Origin: a virus
DNA length: 64,000 bases
Virus record (IMG/VR): IMGVR_UViG_3300037089_000505
Coordinates: 64,001 to 128,000 of that record
Direction: 5' to 3' (one strand)
Positions 11,112 through 22,239 of the stretch are shown here, in pieces. The notes under the pieces are model-generated. The model searched no databases. It saw only the letters and a list, made by a program, of their open reading frames with translations, and was not told where the DNA came from. Position 1 is the stretch's first letter. Each line of letters opens with the position of its first letter. The translations under genes and the position numbers were made by a program.

Positions 11112-11193
11112 GTTTCGAAAATAGCATATATTGATTTATAAGTTCCTGACCTCATGAATATAGAGGCAGGCCCAAGAATAGGGAGGAATTTTC

Positions 11194-11727
11194 ATGAATG
11201 CACAGCCTTTGAATCCAGCCGATGTCGAACAGGTCTTCACAGAGCTCCTGGCAAAGAACGGCCAGGTCACTTCGTTGGAAGTGAAGGAGGAGCTGAGGAC
11301 CCGGGGCTTCTGGGCCACACAGGCCATCGTTGGACCTCTCGTCCAGGACGTCGCCAATCAGCTTGGCGTTCCTTTCACAAACAACGGACGGTTCAACACC
11401 TACACGCCCCTCGTGACTACGGTGACCGACGACGAAGACGAGGATGATAGCGACGGAAGCATTTCGAGCCCGAGCCTCACGGCAACCGGCTCCACTCAGC
11501 TTCCCTCCACTCCTGTCAAGGTTCGGACACCTCCGGCTGACCCGGCCGACCGCGAACCGATAACCAATCCGGCTTCCGGCGACTGGACGGTCTATGACAT
11601 CCACAACGGACCTTCGGCTTCCCTGGCCTTCCAGGCAAAGCTGACTGAGAACCAGGCCAAATACGCCTACATTCTCAAGGTCTCTCCGGTTCTCTATACG
11701 GATGTCAGGGCCAAACGGTTGGCTTAA
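11194..11727 (+). CDS. Hypothetical protein (possible N-terminal winged-helix-like domain), GC3-rich
   Basis: SD GGAGG; C-ending codons; own promoter-like motif upstream and terminator downstream. Confidence 0.6.
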   Translation: MNAQPLNPADVEQVFTELLAKNGQVTSLEVKEELRTRGFWATQAIVGPLVQDVANQLGVPFTNNGRFNTYTPLVTTVTDDEDEDDSDGSISSPSLTATGSTQLPSTPVKVRTPPADPADREPITNPASGDWTVYDIHNGPSASLAFQAKLTENQAKYAYILKVSPVLYTDVRAKRLA

Positions 11728-11768
11728 TCGCCAGCCTCGCCTTCCCAAATCGGCGGAGGGCCTCGTAC

Positions 11769-11800
11769 GGAGGGGAGGAATTCGGTCCTCCCCTCTCTTT
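11769..11800 (+). terminator. Intrinsic terminator-like hairpin
   Basis: GAGGGGAGGA-attcgg-TCCTCCCCTC followed by TCTTT. Confidence 0.6.
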
Positions 11801-13643
11801 GCATGTAAGGAGTCATAATGACGCAAACTTTTCGCATTGAAAAGGGCACTTATCACTGCACAGAATGCGGCAAAGAAATCAAGATCACCAAAGTGCCTAC
11901 AGTCTGGAATCCTACAACTGAGCTCATAGTCAGAGAAGATAGGAACAATGAAATCTGGCATCCGAACCAAGATGCGAAAGGCCAATACTATGAGTGTGGC
12001 CCGATGAGGAGAATATAATGGACGGCGATGGCTTAGTTGCGGTAGACTCTAAGGAAGATCTACCAACCGATGTCCTAAAATTTTTTGAATCACAAGCTGA
12101 TCTTGGCGAGAGGTATTTTCCAAGGCCATCAGCTTTAGGAATTCATTATGGCGGCCGTTGCTTCAAAATGCAGGCTTCATCTTTCTGTGAAATCAACATG
12201 GACGGTGGGGCATTACTTTTCTTTTCAACTAACCACTGGGTCTATGTCCTTTTCCTCGGCGCATTCACCTGGTCCAATCCGGTAAACTTATGAAAAAGAG
12301 TTGCTACATTGGCAAAGAACGCTACTGTCTCGCCTTAGAAGCATGGCGTTCATATCCCAAATGTAGCCTCGGTTTTTCAATCGCTTGTGACTACGACAAA
12401 CAATCTTGTATTTATCGAAATCCTCGTCCTTTGGAAAAGTGTCCCAAACCTAAAACATACGCTCAGCTCATTGCCGTTAGAGATAAAAGACACAATGAGC
12501 CCAAGGAGATATCATGACAGATGAAGAAGAGAAAGGCGCTCTAGCTGCTCATTTGATTCTCATGCGAAGTGCTTATGAGAATCCTGTGGCAATGGATGCT
12601 CCTCTTACGCAAGCTGAGATTGAAGAACTGGGTAGTTTTTTGGCTGCAATAAGAACGCCAGTGCCGACTGACGCCGTTCATTTTACTTGCGCAAAATGTG
12701 GCGGCAAGAGATGGCAAACAAAAGAAGAATATACCCTTATGGTAGCCGAAGCTACTCTTCAATATACCGAAGAACAGATTGCCGAGAACGGTGGCATGGA
12801 AAACATGCCGAGACTTTGTTCTACCTGCTACAAACAGGTTCACTTGAAACCTCTAGAGAACTGACATGGTATTTCCAACTATAGAAAAAGGCGACTGCGT
12901 CTACCACATGCAAAATGATTGTGGTATGGGCGTAGTTATTTCCGCCGACAAGTTTGACGAGATTGCATATGTAGAATGGCCTTGGGGTCATAGTTGGGAA
13001 TACTTTGGAGATTTGATGTTGATAAACTAAGGGGAAGAAATATGAGACAGCTGCTTATCATTACAGGCGATACCAACGACGACGATTTGGTAACCAAACA
13101 GTGCTATATCAAGGACGAAAAAGAATTGGAAATGGTCAAGAGAGTTCTTGCCGTCATCAAGACGAAAACTCTTTCAATGGCAGGCGGAAGTCGCCACAAT
13201 TGGCCGAGCAGTGATTACTGTTCTGAAAGCGTTCAGGATCTTTACAAGGGACTCCTGAGTGAAGATGATATAGAGTGGTTTAACGAATACGTGCCTTACG
13301 GCGAATTCGGGATCCATACTATTCGTAGAGCAGTCTTGTATGAAATTCAAGAAGAAGAAAAACTTTTTGAATATTACGATTTAGTAAAATTGAGGACATA
13401 AAACAATGAGAAAATTATTTCAGACCTTGGGGCCCAGATGGAGCAGGAAGACACTTCCTGCTGGAGCTGGCATAGACGTTCTAGGAAAATGGGCACTTTC
13501 TGATGAGCCAGGTGATTGCCACTTAGCCGTTGGCCACTATGTTTGCATAGGTGGTGATGGTGCTTTTGACGGCTGGTATGATGACTTGGGCTTTTTCATA
13601 AGCCAAGATCCGCCAGTAAGATGGGCACCCATTCCAAGCTACT

Positions 13644-13931
13644 ATGAATAAATACCTTCAATTAATGAAGGAGCTGAAAGAAAAAGGCACGGGCAAAATG
13701 ACCGTGTTCGGCAATTCAATGTTGCCAATCATAAAGAGCGGATCTACTCTTACCTTCAAATCTCAAACTACATATGAAATTGGAGATATTGTTTTCTGCA
13801 AAATGCGTGGGCGTTATATCGATGCTCATCTAATCACTAAGAAAAATGCTAAACGTGGCTACATGATTTCAAACAATCACGGATGGGATAACGGCTGGAC
13901 ACGCACAATCTATGGTAAAGTGATTCTTTAA
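13644..13931 (+). CDS. Peptidase S24/S26-like protein
   Basis: GNSMLPII.SG...YEIGDIV; the catalytic-Lys position appears as His (AHLI). Confidence 0.65.
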   Translation: MNKYLQLMKELKEKGTGKMTVFGNSMLPIIKSGSTLTFKSQTTYEIGDIVFCKMRGRYIDAHLITKKNAKRGYMISNNHGWDNGWTRTIYGKVIL

Positions 13932-14021
13932 CGTGCCCGAAAATATGCCGGCTGCCTACCCGAAAATATGCCGGCTGCCTACCCGAAAACGTGCCGCGAC
14001 GTGCCCGAAAATATGCCGGCT
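13931..14021. repeat. Four ~23-bp direct repeats (CCCGAAAATATGCCGGCT core) followed by an A/C/T-rich tract
   Basis: Units start at 13936, 13959, 13982 (variant) and 14004; intergenic. Confidence 0.9.
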
Positions 14022-14951
14022 ATAAATAACATAACAACTAACATATTACAATATAGACAACATATTTACAGGTAATGGAGCCAGAATATGAATAAGCCCA
14101 TTATAGGGAAATTAATCGAATGGTTTGAGGAACAACCCGCCAACAAGAAGTGGACTAAGGATCAAATAGTGGGGCGCATTCTTAGTGGCCTTGCTTGCGA
14201 AGTCCTGACTAGAAATGAAGAGAAGTGGCTTAAATCTTGGGCACAAAAACAGATCTTTGACATTCCAGAGGATATGCAAAAGTCTTTTGTTCATGAAAGG
14301 CCAATGCCTACCACACTGCCTCCGACTGAACGTGTCGTTTCTAAGAGTGAACAAAAGAGACGCACAATCCAAGAAGGCGCCAGAAAGAAGGGTGGAATAA
14401 ATCCACCACCAACTTCGCCGAAACCCAATGTCAAACCGAGCCCTCAAAAACCAATGCGACCGGCTCTTCGCCACATAACAGAGGGGAAGAATCCAACTGA
14501 ACTTTATCCTGCAATCAGAGTTGATTGGACCGAATCCGAAAGAGGTTGGGGACAAAGGCCTGATGGTTATTCTCTGCACCTCACCAGGGAAGATTCTGAG
14601 GCCTACATTAAAGAATATTGGGACAAGATGCCTGCTCAAGTGCCTGATGAATATTCCCGACCAGAGGATCCGAAGGTCATAGACGTAAATGCCAAGATAC
14701 TTCGTGAAATCAAGAAGTCTAAGAATGGAATAAGACGCTATGATCGATAAAGAGGTAATGGATCTAGGTGGCGGAGCCTATACTCCTATTAGAGAAAGAG
14801 AGAAGAAGATGGCTAAGAAAGAAAAAATGGTTAGTGTAGACATTGAGTTGGACAATACAAGTTTCCTTCTCCTGGCAAAGCGCGCCCATGAGTTGGACAT
14901 CACTTTCAATCAACTTATCATCGACATTTTGAGAAAGCAGATAGGCGACAA

Positions 14952-15713
14952 ATGAGTGAAGAAATCAAAAAAGTCTATGAGCGGATAAACGCTTTTGCAG
15001 CTTCATACAACATACAAAACCTTGGAGATGCATGCGGCTATCCATTACTCTATCTAACTCCCCAAAAAATATCTGGTGCACCAAACTTGCTAATTGCTGG
15101 AGGCTTTCACGGCGGTGAAGAGCCAGCTGGCACTTTGGGCCTATTGAAATTTTTGGAAACATATTCCTTTAAAGATAGAGTCAATCTTTCATTCTTACCT
15201 CTTGTCAACCCTTCGGGATTTGCTTTGGGCCAACGACTCAATGCCAACGGCGGGAATCCTAATCATGGATTTTGTTCTAGAATCCGAACAGACGAGGTTT
15301 TATCTGAAGAAGGGGAGATTCTAGTCAAGAATATAGCAGAACTTTTTGAAGCCGCTTCGGATGGATTTTTGACATTGCATGAAGATTGCGATCAATCCAG
15401 GTTTTATCTTTTCACATTTGAACAGACCGAAAAACCTGGACCGTTTACAAGTCGACTGTTTCAAACAGAGTGCAAATTCTTCGAGCCCATTACCGAGTCC
15501 ATTCTAATTGATGAAAAATATGGAACTCGCGCATTTGATGGTGCCGTCTGCTTTAATGATTGTGATGGGACTTTTGAAGATCTCTTATTTCATATGGGTG
15601 TTCCTTATATAGCCTGCACAGAAACTCCAGGTCTTCAACCCATAGATGAAAGAGTCGATGCAAACGTAGCTCTCATACAATCTTTCATAGATTGGCAAAA
15701 GGAAAGACGATGA
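14952..15713 (+). CDS. M14-like zinc carboxypeptidase / succinylglutamate desuccinylase family protein
   Basis: GGFHGGEEPAG, PLVNPSGF, LTLHED and TETP motifs. Confidence 0.85.
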   Translation: MSEEIKKVYERINAFAASYNIQNLGDACGYPLLYLTPQKISGAPNLLIAGGFHGGEEPAGTLGLLKFLETYSFKDRVNLSFLPLVNPSGFALGQRLNANGGNPNHGFCSRIRTDEVLSEEGEILVKNIAELFEAASDGFLTLHEDCDQSRFYLFTFEQTEKPGPFTSRLFQTECKFFEPITESILIDEKYGTRAFDGAVCFNDCDGTFEDLLFHMGVPYIACTETPGLQPIDERVDANVALIQSFIDWQKERR

Positions 15714-16463
15714 AACACACAATTCTTCGAGTGAGCGGATATTGGGGAGATAGTTATTGGCACATACCTATCCTCTCTGAAGAAGAAAAAATAACTCTAG
15801 ACAAAATAATAGAAGCGATACCAGAGTGTTATCGCTTTCAAACACATAGAGTATATAAGGATGTAAGAAACTTTTGTAAACAACACGGCCAAAAAATCAC
15901 GATCGAAAAAGTTAATGAGCTATTGGCTGAAAATGATGAGGTTGAGAAAAGCGACAATCCTTTAGTAAATTTGCTACGCGAATGGGAATATGAAATGGCC
16001 AGCTTAGAACAACACGACTATGACGCTATGTGTAAAAAGACTGACCAAGTTCTTGCGGAGTATAAGCAATGTCCAAAATGAAAGAACCCGAATTCCCCAA
16101 ATGCAAAGTCACCATAGGTGTAGAATTCTTGGGTGACTATTTTGAAACTTGGGATGAAGAAATAGATTGGAATGACTTTTGTGATCAAGTCTATGACCTT
16201 TCGGCTGATGTAGAAGTTGAAGTAAGAGAGGCAGCTCAAAAGAGAATAGCCTTGAAAGATGCCCTAAAGAAAAAAGATGGCGACTAAAGAAGAAGTTTTA
16301 AAGCTACTCAAAGCAAAATCCAAAGTGATTATTGCCTGTCCAGAATGCGGTTCAGATAAGATCAATCAATATCGTATGCCGACTGGACCAATCTGGTGCG
16401 AAGCGTGTGGACTAAGAGTTGAACAAAAAGAAAAGAACAATCCATTTATTACAAGGATATAAA

Positions 16464-16928
16464 ATGGTGTTAAAGTTTAGAATGTGGAATCCAACCACTA
16501 AAACAATGATTGATCTTAAAGCAATCACCCCCTTAGCCCTCGATTCTAACTTGAAAGTAGATGGGATCTTTATTCCTTTCAACGGAATGCCCATCATGCA
16601 ATATACGGGCATGACTGACAAGAACGGTAGAGAAATATATGACGGTGACATTCTAAGGAAAAGCGATCCTGAATATTGGGATCCAAAAGCTTGGGAAGGT
16701 TCAGATCTCTTCAGCCCACCAGACGAACATGATAAAAAACTATTTGGTGGTGGAACTGGCTATGTAGAATCTTGTGCTTTTGGTTGGACAGTAATCGATA
16801 TCAATTGTGGCGAGTGGGCCTTTAACGGTCCTGAGGGACCAGGGTGGAATGGTTGGGATGTAGAGGTCATTGGCAACAGATACGAAAATCCTGAATTGAT
16901 GGTGAAAAAAGATGGCCAGAAGATATAA
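16464..16928 (+). CDS. YopX family protein
   Basis: KFRMW...MQYTGMTDKNGREIYDGDIL...EVIGNRYENPEL. Confidence 0.9.
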   Translation: MVLKFRMWNPTTKTMIDLKAITPLALDSNLKVDGIFIPFNGMPIMQYTGMTDKNGREIYDGDILRKSDPEYWDPKAWEGSDLFSPPDEHDKKLFGGGTGYVESCAFGWTVIDINCGEWAFNGPEGPGWNGWDVEVIGNRYENPELMVKKDGQKI

Positions 16929-17645
16929 GAGTTCAGAAGAGTGGAAAAAATTTGGCTTTGAGCCGACTGTTACTGGTTGGACGGATAGTCCTGAAGGGGC
17001 AATGCGATCTGATCCTAATGGAAAGTGGTTTCCAATTCACGTCCTTCAGGATTTTGCCGCCGCTGAATCTGATAGAGACGATATGGAAAAAATGTTATAC
17101 TTACTAGTCAAGAGTCTTGAATCATGGTGGAGGCTTCCAAACGATATGAGAAAGCTTGCCGACATAGAGCCTTTAATAATAACGGCATTGGATATAAAAG
17201 ATGAGATGGATAAAAACTCTGTTTAGTTCAGTTGATGGTTCCTTAGCTAAAAAGCCAGAAGTAAAGATTGATCCTTCAAAGATTAAACTTTCTTCTACTG
17301 GCCAACTACGGTTTCCGTCATTGTCTGAACAGCTTAAAAAAGAAATAGAAAAGCTATCTGACAAGGATAAGAAATTATTCATTGATGTTGCCATACCAAT
17401 TATAGCCAAACTCAGACGATTTAGCTACGAGAAAGCCTGTGTAGAAACAGTCTGGGGTGAAAGCCTCTGGTTCAGTTTACATTTTGTTCCCGACATTACT
17501 GTTCATTTGCAAGTATACGTAAGGCCGCCTAAAAAAGTTTTGCGAACTTTCTTTACTTTTTGGAAAGGCAAAATCATGTGGACAAATGGTTATGGTAAGA
17601 TTGATGACTGTTTGGCCGATATTCAAGCGAACTTAAAGGAATAAA

Positions 17646-18014
17646 ATGCTCCACGTAAAAACAGCTCTCAAAGAAAGCTCCATCCACGGCCTTGGATTGT
17701 TTGCGGCCGAGCCAATAAAGAAAGACACTTTAATATGGGAATTCAATCCGTTGTTTGATAAAAGGATATATAACGGAATCCTAAACATGTTGCCCGCAGT
17801 GACTCAAGAATTTATCAAGCTATATGGTTTTTTGGATCTAGGTGGATATTGGATTTTATGTAGCGACAATGCTCGCTATATGAATCACTCAAATAATCCT
17901 ACATGCGAAGATCGAAATCAAAAAGACTATGCCGCAAAAGATATTGAGATAGGCGAAGAGCTCACTTGCAACTATTACGTTTTTGATCGTTCGGTGAGTC
18001 ATAGAAAAATATAA
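17646..18014 (+). CDS. SET-domain protein-lysine methyltransferase
   Basis: SSIHGLGLFA, YMNHSNNP and DIEIGEELTCNY motifs. Confidence 0.9.
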   Translation: MLHVKTALKESSIHGLGLFAAEPIKKDTLIWEFNPLFDKRIYNGILNMLPAVTQEFIKLYGFLDLGGYWILCSDNARYMNHSNNPTCEDRNQKDYAAKDIEIGEELTCNYYVFDRSVSHRKI

Positions 18015-18748
18015 GGAGTTAAAATGAAAAATTCAAAGAATCATTGGACTGATGACGAAGGTTGGATGCATGATGATTTGACAAAGAGGCCGGGTAGTGT
18101 GGGTTATGCTATTGAAAAATACATGCGACAGATTACTTCAATAGATGACGTAGATGAACTTAGAAAACTCTTTTTTGATGTAGTCATGGATCCAATAGAG
18201 ATTCAGGGCACGAGCGAAGAGAAGAAGCAAGTCTATATGGAAAAGGCTAATAAGATTGACGATGTAGATGATTTGAGAGAGTTCATATTTGCTATTCATG
18301 GCCGAGCAAAAGATTACAAAAGAAAGCTGGCAAGAAAGTGACATTAGACGCACAAGGTTTTAATCGGGAGCCGGGCTGGAGAACTTACACTCTAGTTGGA
18401 CTTGACATCTTTTTAGGAGCAATCTTTATACTCCTAAAATGGTGTGGAATAATTAATTGGAGTTGGTTTATTGTGTTGCTACCCTTCTATTGGCTTCCGG
18501 CCATCTGCTTATTACTTCTTGCGATGGCCATGACAGCCATTCGGTTCGCCGACGCATATAGAGAAATAGAAAAGGTGGTGGCAAATGGAAAGACTAACGG
18601 CGGGACAACTAAAGAAAATTCTAGAAAGAGTCCCTGATAACGCAGATGTGGTCATTCGTGAAAGGGGTAAGGATCTTTTTATCAAATTGGCCTTCGCTTG
18701 GCAATATGAAAATAAGTGCGAAGCTTTGGTGTTAGTAGAGACAGAAAC

Positions 18749-19309
18749 ATGCCCGTCTATACCAGATGTTTGAAATGTCCCTTGGGACAATACCGCGAAG
18801 TAAATGGCTATAAAATCGTTTGGGGTGATGGTAATCTTTCGGCCCCTATACTTATTATTGGGGAAGCACCCGGAGAATCGGAAGCAAAGCTTGGACGTCC
18901 CTTTGTTGGTAGATCGGGACAGTTCTTACGACACCGATTAGAGCCATATATTGAGTTTCCAAAAGGGTGCTTCATCTCTAACACTTGCCTATGTCGGCCT
19001 CCAGACAATCGTAAACCAACCATAGAAGAACAAACTTCTTGTTCTTCACATATACACACCATGTTATTCACAATGCGACCAAAATTGATCATTACAGCGG
19101 TCAAAGTTGCATCAGATTATTTGAGCATACTTCTAGGTAGGTCATACACAATCTACTTGGCCGAAGCCGCTGAGCTAGAAGACTTAGTTTTTGTATGGTT
19201 GCCTATTTATCACCCGTCTTATGTAATGAGAGCCAAAGAGACGACGGCTACGTTTGAAAATACATTAAGATCATACGCAAAGCTATTCAAGAGTATAGGA
19301 GATTTCTAA
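18749..19309 (+). CDS. Uracil-DNA glycosylase, family 4-like
   Basis: CLKCPL, IGEAPG, GRPFVGRSG, CRPPDNRKP and YHPSY motifs. Confidence 0.9.
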   Translation: MPVYTRCLKCPLGQYREVNGYKIVWGDGNLSAPILIIGEAPGESEAKLGRPFVGRSGQFLRHRLEPYIEFPKGCFISNTCLCRPPDNRKPTIEEQTSCSSHIHTMLFTMRPKLIITAVKVASDYLSILLGRSYTIYLAEAAELEDLVFVWLPIYHPSYVMRAKETTATFENTLRSYAKLFKSIGDF

Positions 19310-20547
19310 TGAAGATAAGGATCTATAAGGTTGGAGAGCTATACGGTCTTCAAGTGAAAGATGGTTGGTTTGATTCTTGGCATTGCGGTTCTTGGATGAT
19401 TCCACTAGCTGCAAGAACTGAAGAAGAAAAACAAGCTGGAAAGCATCCGACTGGTTTCAAGTCACCTGAAGAGGCTCAAGAGTGGGCTGAAGAACACCTT
19501 GGAATTAAGGTTGTAAAAGAGCTTAAAGTCAAGAGGGTGGAGCATGGCCACTAGAGGAGAGGGCCCTCTTAAAGAAGAATGGTATTCAATTTGCTCAATG
19601 CATCATGAGCGTGATGAAAATTGCGACATGTGCAATTGTGGGAAGTGGATAAACGTAGAAGAGCAGAAAAAAGAACACGAACTATTTGAGAGAAATCCAG
19701 AAGAGTGGAGAAGAATTCACGCCCGAGACAGATTAGAATTCTTCGATTTTAAAACTGGTGAGAAGTTGAATCCCTTTCCGAATTTGAGGTGAAAGATGAT
19801 AGTTGAGAAGTGGCTCGAAAAAGATTGTGTTTGTATTGTCCATCAGCACGACCAAATACCCAGCCTTGTTTGCGGCTATGTGGGTGTTGATGAAGAACAT
19901 CCTCTTTACGGTGTTCGCTACGATGAAGAGTCGCTTATTCTTGAAAAAATGCTCAGACAATCTAAAGCATTTCGTAAAAAGCACGACGTGAAGGAAATGC
20001 TCAAGGATCGTAGCACAGACAACTGGGCTTATCCTATGGAAGATTTCTCTGCTACACCAGAAGGTTATTTTATTAAACATAGTATAAGCTTTGCTGATAA
20101 AGGTGATGTAGCTAACTTACGTGAATTCAATTGTCCCGCTATTTGGTTCTTTGGTTTTGATAGTGGCCACCCCGGCTATGAGTGGGAGAACGTAACCAAG
20201 CTAGATCTCCAAGCAAAAATCCATCGGCTTTGTTTTGAATTAGCCTATGAGCTTGATCAAATCAAGTGGAACATATTACTTCCGAGTCAGGAATACAAAC
20301 TACTATGAGAGCTATATATGAAATCGTTGAAGACATACCTGAAAAACCTTTAGTGATTCGAGATATTGGTTGGCGAGACCATATGTCTGTGACTAACGAT
20401 GCTGAAGCTGTAGTAGAAGATTTATGGAATAAGGGAAAACTATCTGACAGACGCTTGTTCTATTATGATAGCGCAGGCGATTTAGATGAGCTTGTTCACA
20501 TAGATGGTTCTTTTATAAGATTTCGACCAGGTTGAAAGGAGTTCTGA

Positions 20548-20889
20548 ATGAGGACGGTGTGTTTGGATTTTGATGGCGTCGTTCATAGCTACAAGAGCGG
20601 ATGGAAAGGTTATTCGGTAATTCCTGATCCTCCAGTTCCCGGCGTCAAAGAAGCTATTGATGAGCTCCGTAAAACTTACATGGTCAAGATTTTTTCTACG
20701 CGTTGCAAGAAGGCTGAGGGCATCGCCGCCATTGAGAAGTATCTTGAGAAGTATGACATCAAGGTCAGTGCTATTTGCGAGAGCAAACCTTCAGCCTTCA
20801 TTTACGTTGACGATCGCGGTTTTACATTCAACGGCGATTGGCCCGCAGCAGTCGCAGCAATCAAGGGCTTCAAGAGCTGGCTGGAATAG
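20548..20889 (+). CDS. HAD-superfamily phosphatase-like protein
   Basis: LDFDGV (motif I), FSTR and KP....YVDDR. Confidence 0.75.
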   Translation: MRTVCLDFDGVVHSYKSGWKGYSVIPDPPVPGVKEAIDELRKTYMVKIFSTRCKKAEGIAAIEKYLEKYDIKVSAICESKPSAFIYVDDRGFTFNGDWPAAVAAIKGFKSWLE

Positions 20890-20915
20890 GTTCGAGGAAG
20901 TCATAAGTTCTTTTT

Positions 20916-21773
20916 ATGTTTGCTCTCAAAGTAAATGACAGAAACTCCAAGGAGTCACAAGCTCTCGCCTATTACAACATGATGGATGGGGTGGGACTCC
21001 AATATTTTCGTAAAGCTGAAGAAGTCCCACCTGATGCTGTTCCTGCTGGTTCGGTAGAGTGGTTTCTTGAAGTCACAAGATGGAAAGTTATACCTGATTA
21101 TTATCCAGAATTTCTCAGACCATATCTCGGCCGTAAAATATGGTGGACAGACCAATGGCCGATGCATGGTGGGATCTTCGTCAAGCCAGCTGACAAGTAT
21201 AAACGCTTCACAGGCAAAATAACTACTGGTGGATATCATGGCAAGAAGAAGGGCCCATACTGGTGCTCTGAGGTTGTAAGCTTCACCAATGAGTGGCGCT
21301 TCTATGTAGCGAATGGAAAGGTTCTATATATTGGTTGGTATTGTGGTCTTAACGACGATGCAATGCCACCCGATCTTAAAGTCGATTGGCCCCAAGACTA
21401 TTGTGGTGCTGTAGATTTTGGGACCACACCTGAAGGCAAGCTACTTCTCATTGAAGCTAATGAACCATTTTCCTGCGGATGGTATGGTCACATTTCAGAG
21501 GGCCGCATTTATGGGAAGTGGTTAGAAATAGGCTACGAGTATATGAAGGAGAAAATGAAAAAGGGAACTGACGGCACTGCTGGTGCTTGGGCTTTAGAAA
21601 AAGGTGAAGACGGAAGAGTCTATATTAGCGCAGACGATCTTGGATTTTGGATCGAAGAAGCATTAAACTACACAGATGGTGCCGGAGCAAGTCTATCAGA
21701 CGATGCTAAATCCAAATTACTCAAACATCTTTATGAGCGGATCAAAGAGATAGCAGAGAAGGCTGTTCTGTGA
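20916..21773 (+). CDS. ATP-grasp domain protein (DUF4343/R2K-like)
   Basis: FVKP...KRFTG, SEVV.F..EWRFYV, AVDFG...LLIEANE..SCGWYG. Confidence 0.75.
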   Translation: MFALKVNDRNSKESQALAYYNMMDGVGLQYFRKAEEVPPDAVPAGSVEWFLEVTRWKVIPDYYPEFLRPYLGRKIWWTDQWPMHGGIFVKPADKYKRFTGKITTGGYHGKKKGPYWCSEVVSFTNEWRFYVANGKVLYIGWYCGLNDDAMPPDLKVDWPQDYCGAVDFGTTPEGKLLLIEANEPFSCGWYGHISEGRIYGKWLEIGYEYMKEKMKKGTDGTAGAWALEKGEDGRVYISADDLGFWIEEALNYTDGAGASLSDDAKSKLLKHLYERIKEIAEKAVL

Positions 21774-22102
21774 AAATAAACTCTTACAAAGAACACCTCA
21801 CATATACATTTATAGATAGCCCAGTAGGGCGTTTGCTACTCGCAGGAGACGATCGTGGTTTATGGCAATTAAGTTTCATGAGCACTAAACCAGATATTGG
21901 CGATGCGTGGTCTTTTTCAAAAAATGTTTTTCAGGGCACTCGATCACAACTCAATGCATATTTTGCAGGAGACTTACATCAATTCGAAGAAATTCCTTTA
22001 CATCTTGTAGGCACTGATTTCCAACTTGCTGTTTGGAATATTCTACTTTCTATTCCTTATGGGACGACATGGTCGTACAGCGATGTTGCCCGCGCGCTAT
22101 AG
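21770..22102 (+). pseudogene. ogt: Truncated O6-methylguanine-DNA methyltransferase (Ogt)
   Basis: DSPVG.LLL, QLNAYFAG and GTDFQ.AVW..L.SIPYG.T.SYSDVARA are present. Frameshift at cgcgcgcta; no PCHR active site follows. Confidence 0.8.
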
Positions 22103-22239
22103 GCAAAGACATCTATCCGGCCTTCAAGGCTTATCAAAAAGACGGAACTACATTTCTCTATGATCACAAGTGGCAAAATCCAACAATCTATCAGGAACGA
22201 CTCCCAGGGAGAAGTTTCGAAGGTATGGTAATATAAACT

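Noticed and set aside
13931-14021. CRISPR array
   Set aside because: The repeats are nearly contiguous with 4-5-nt linkers; there are no unique spacers and no cas genes.
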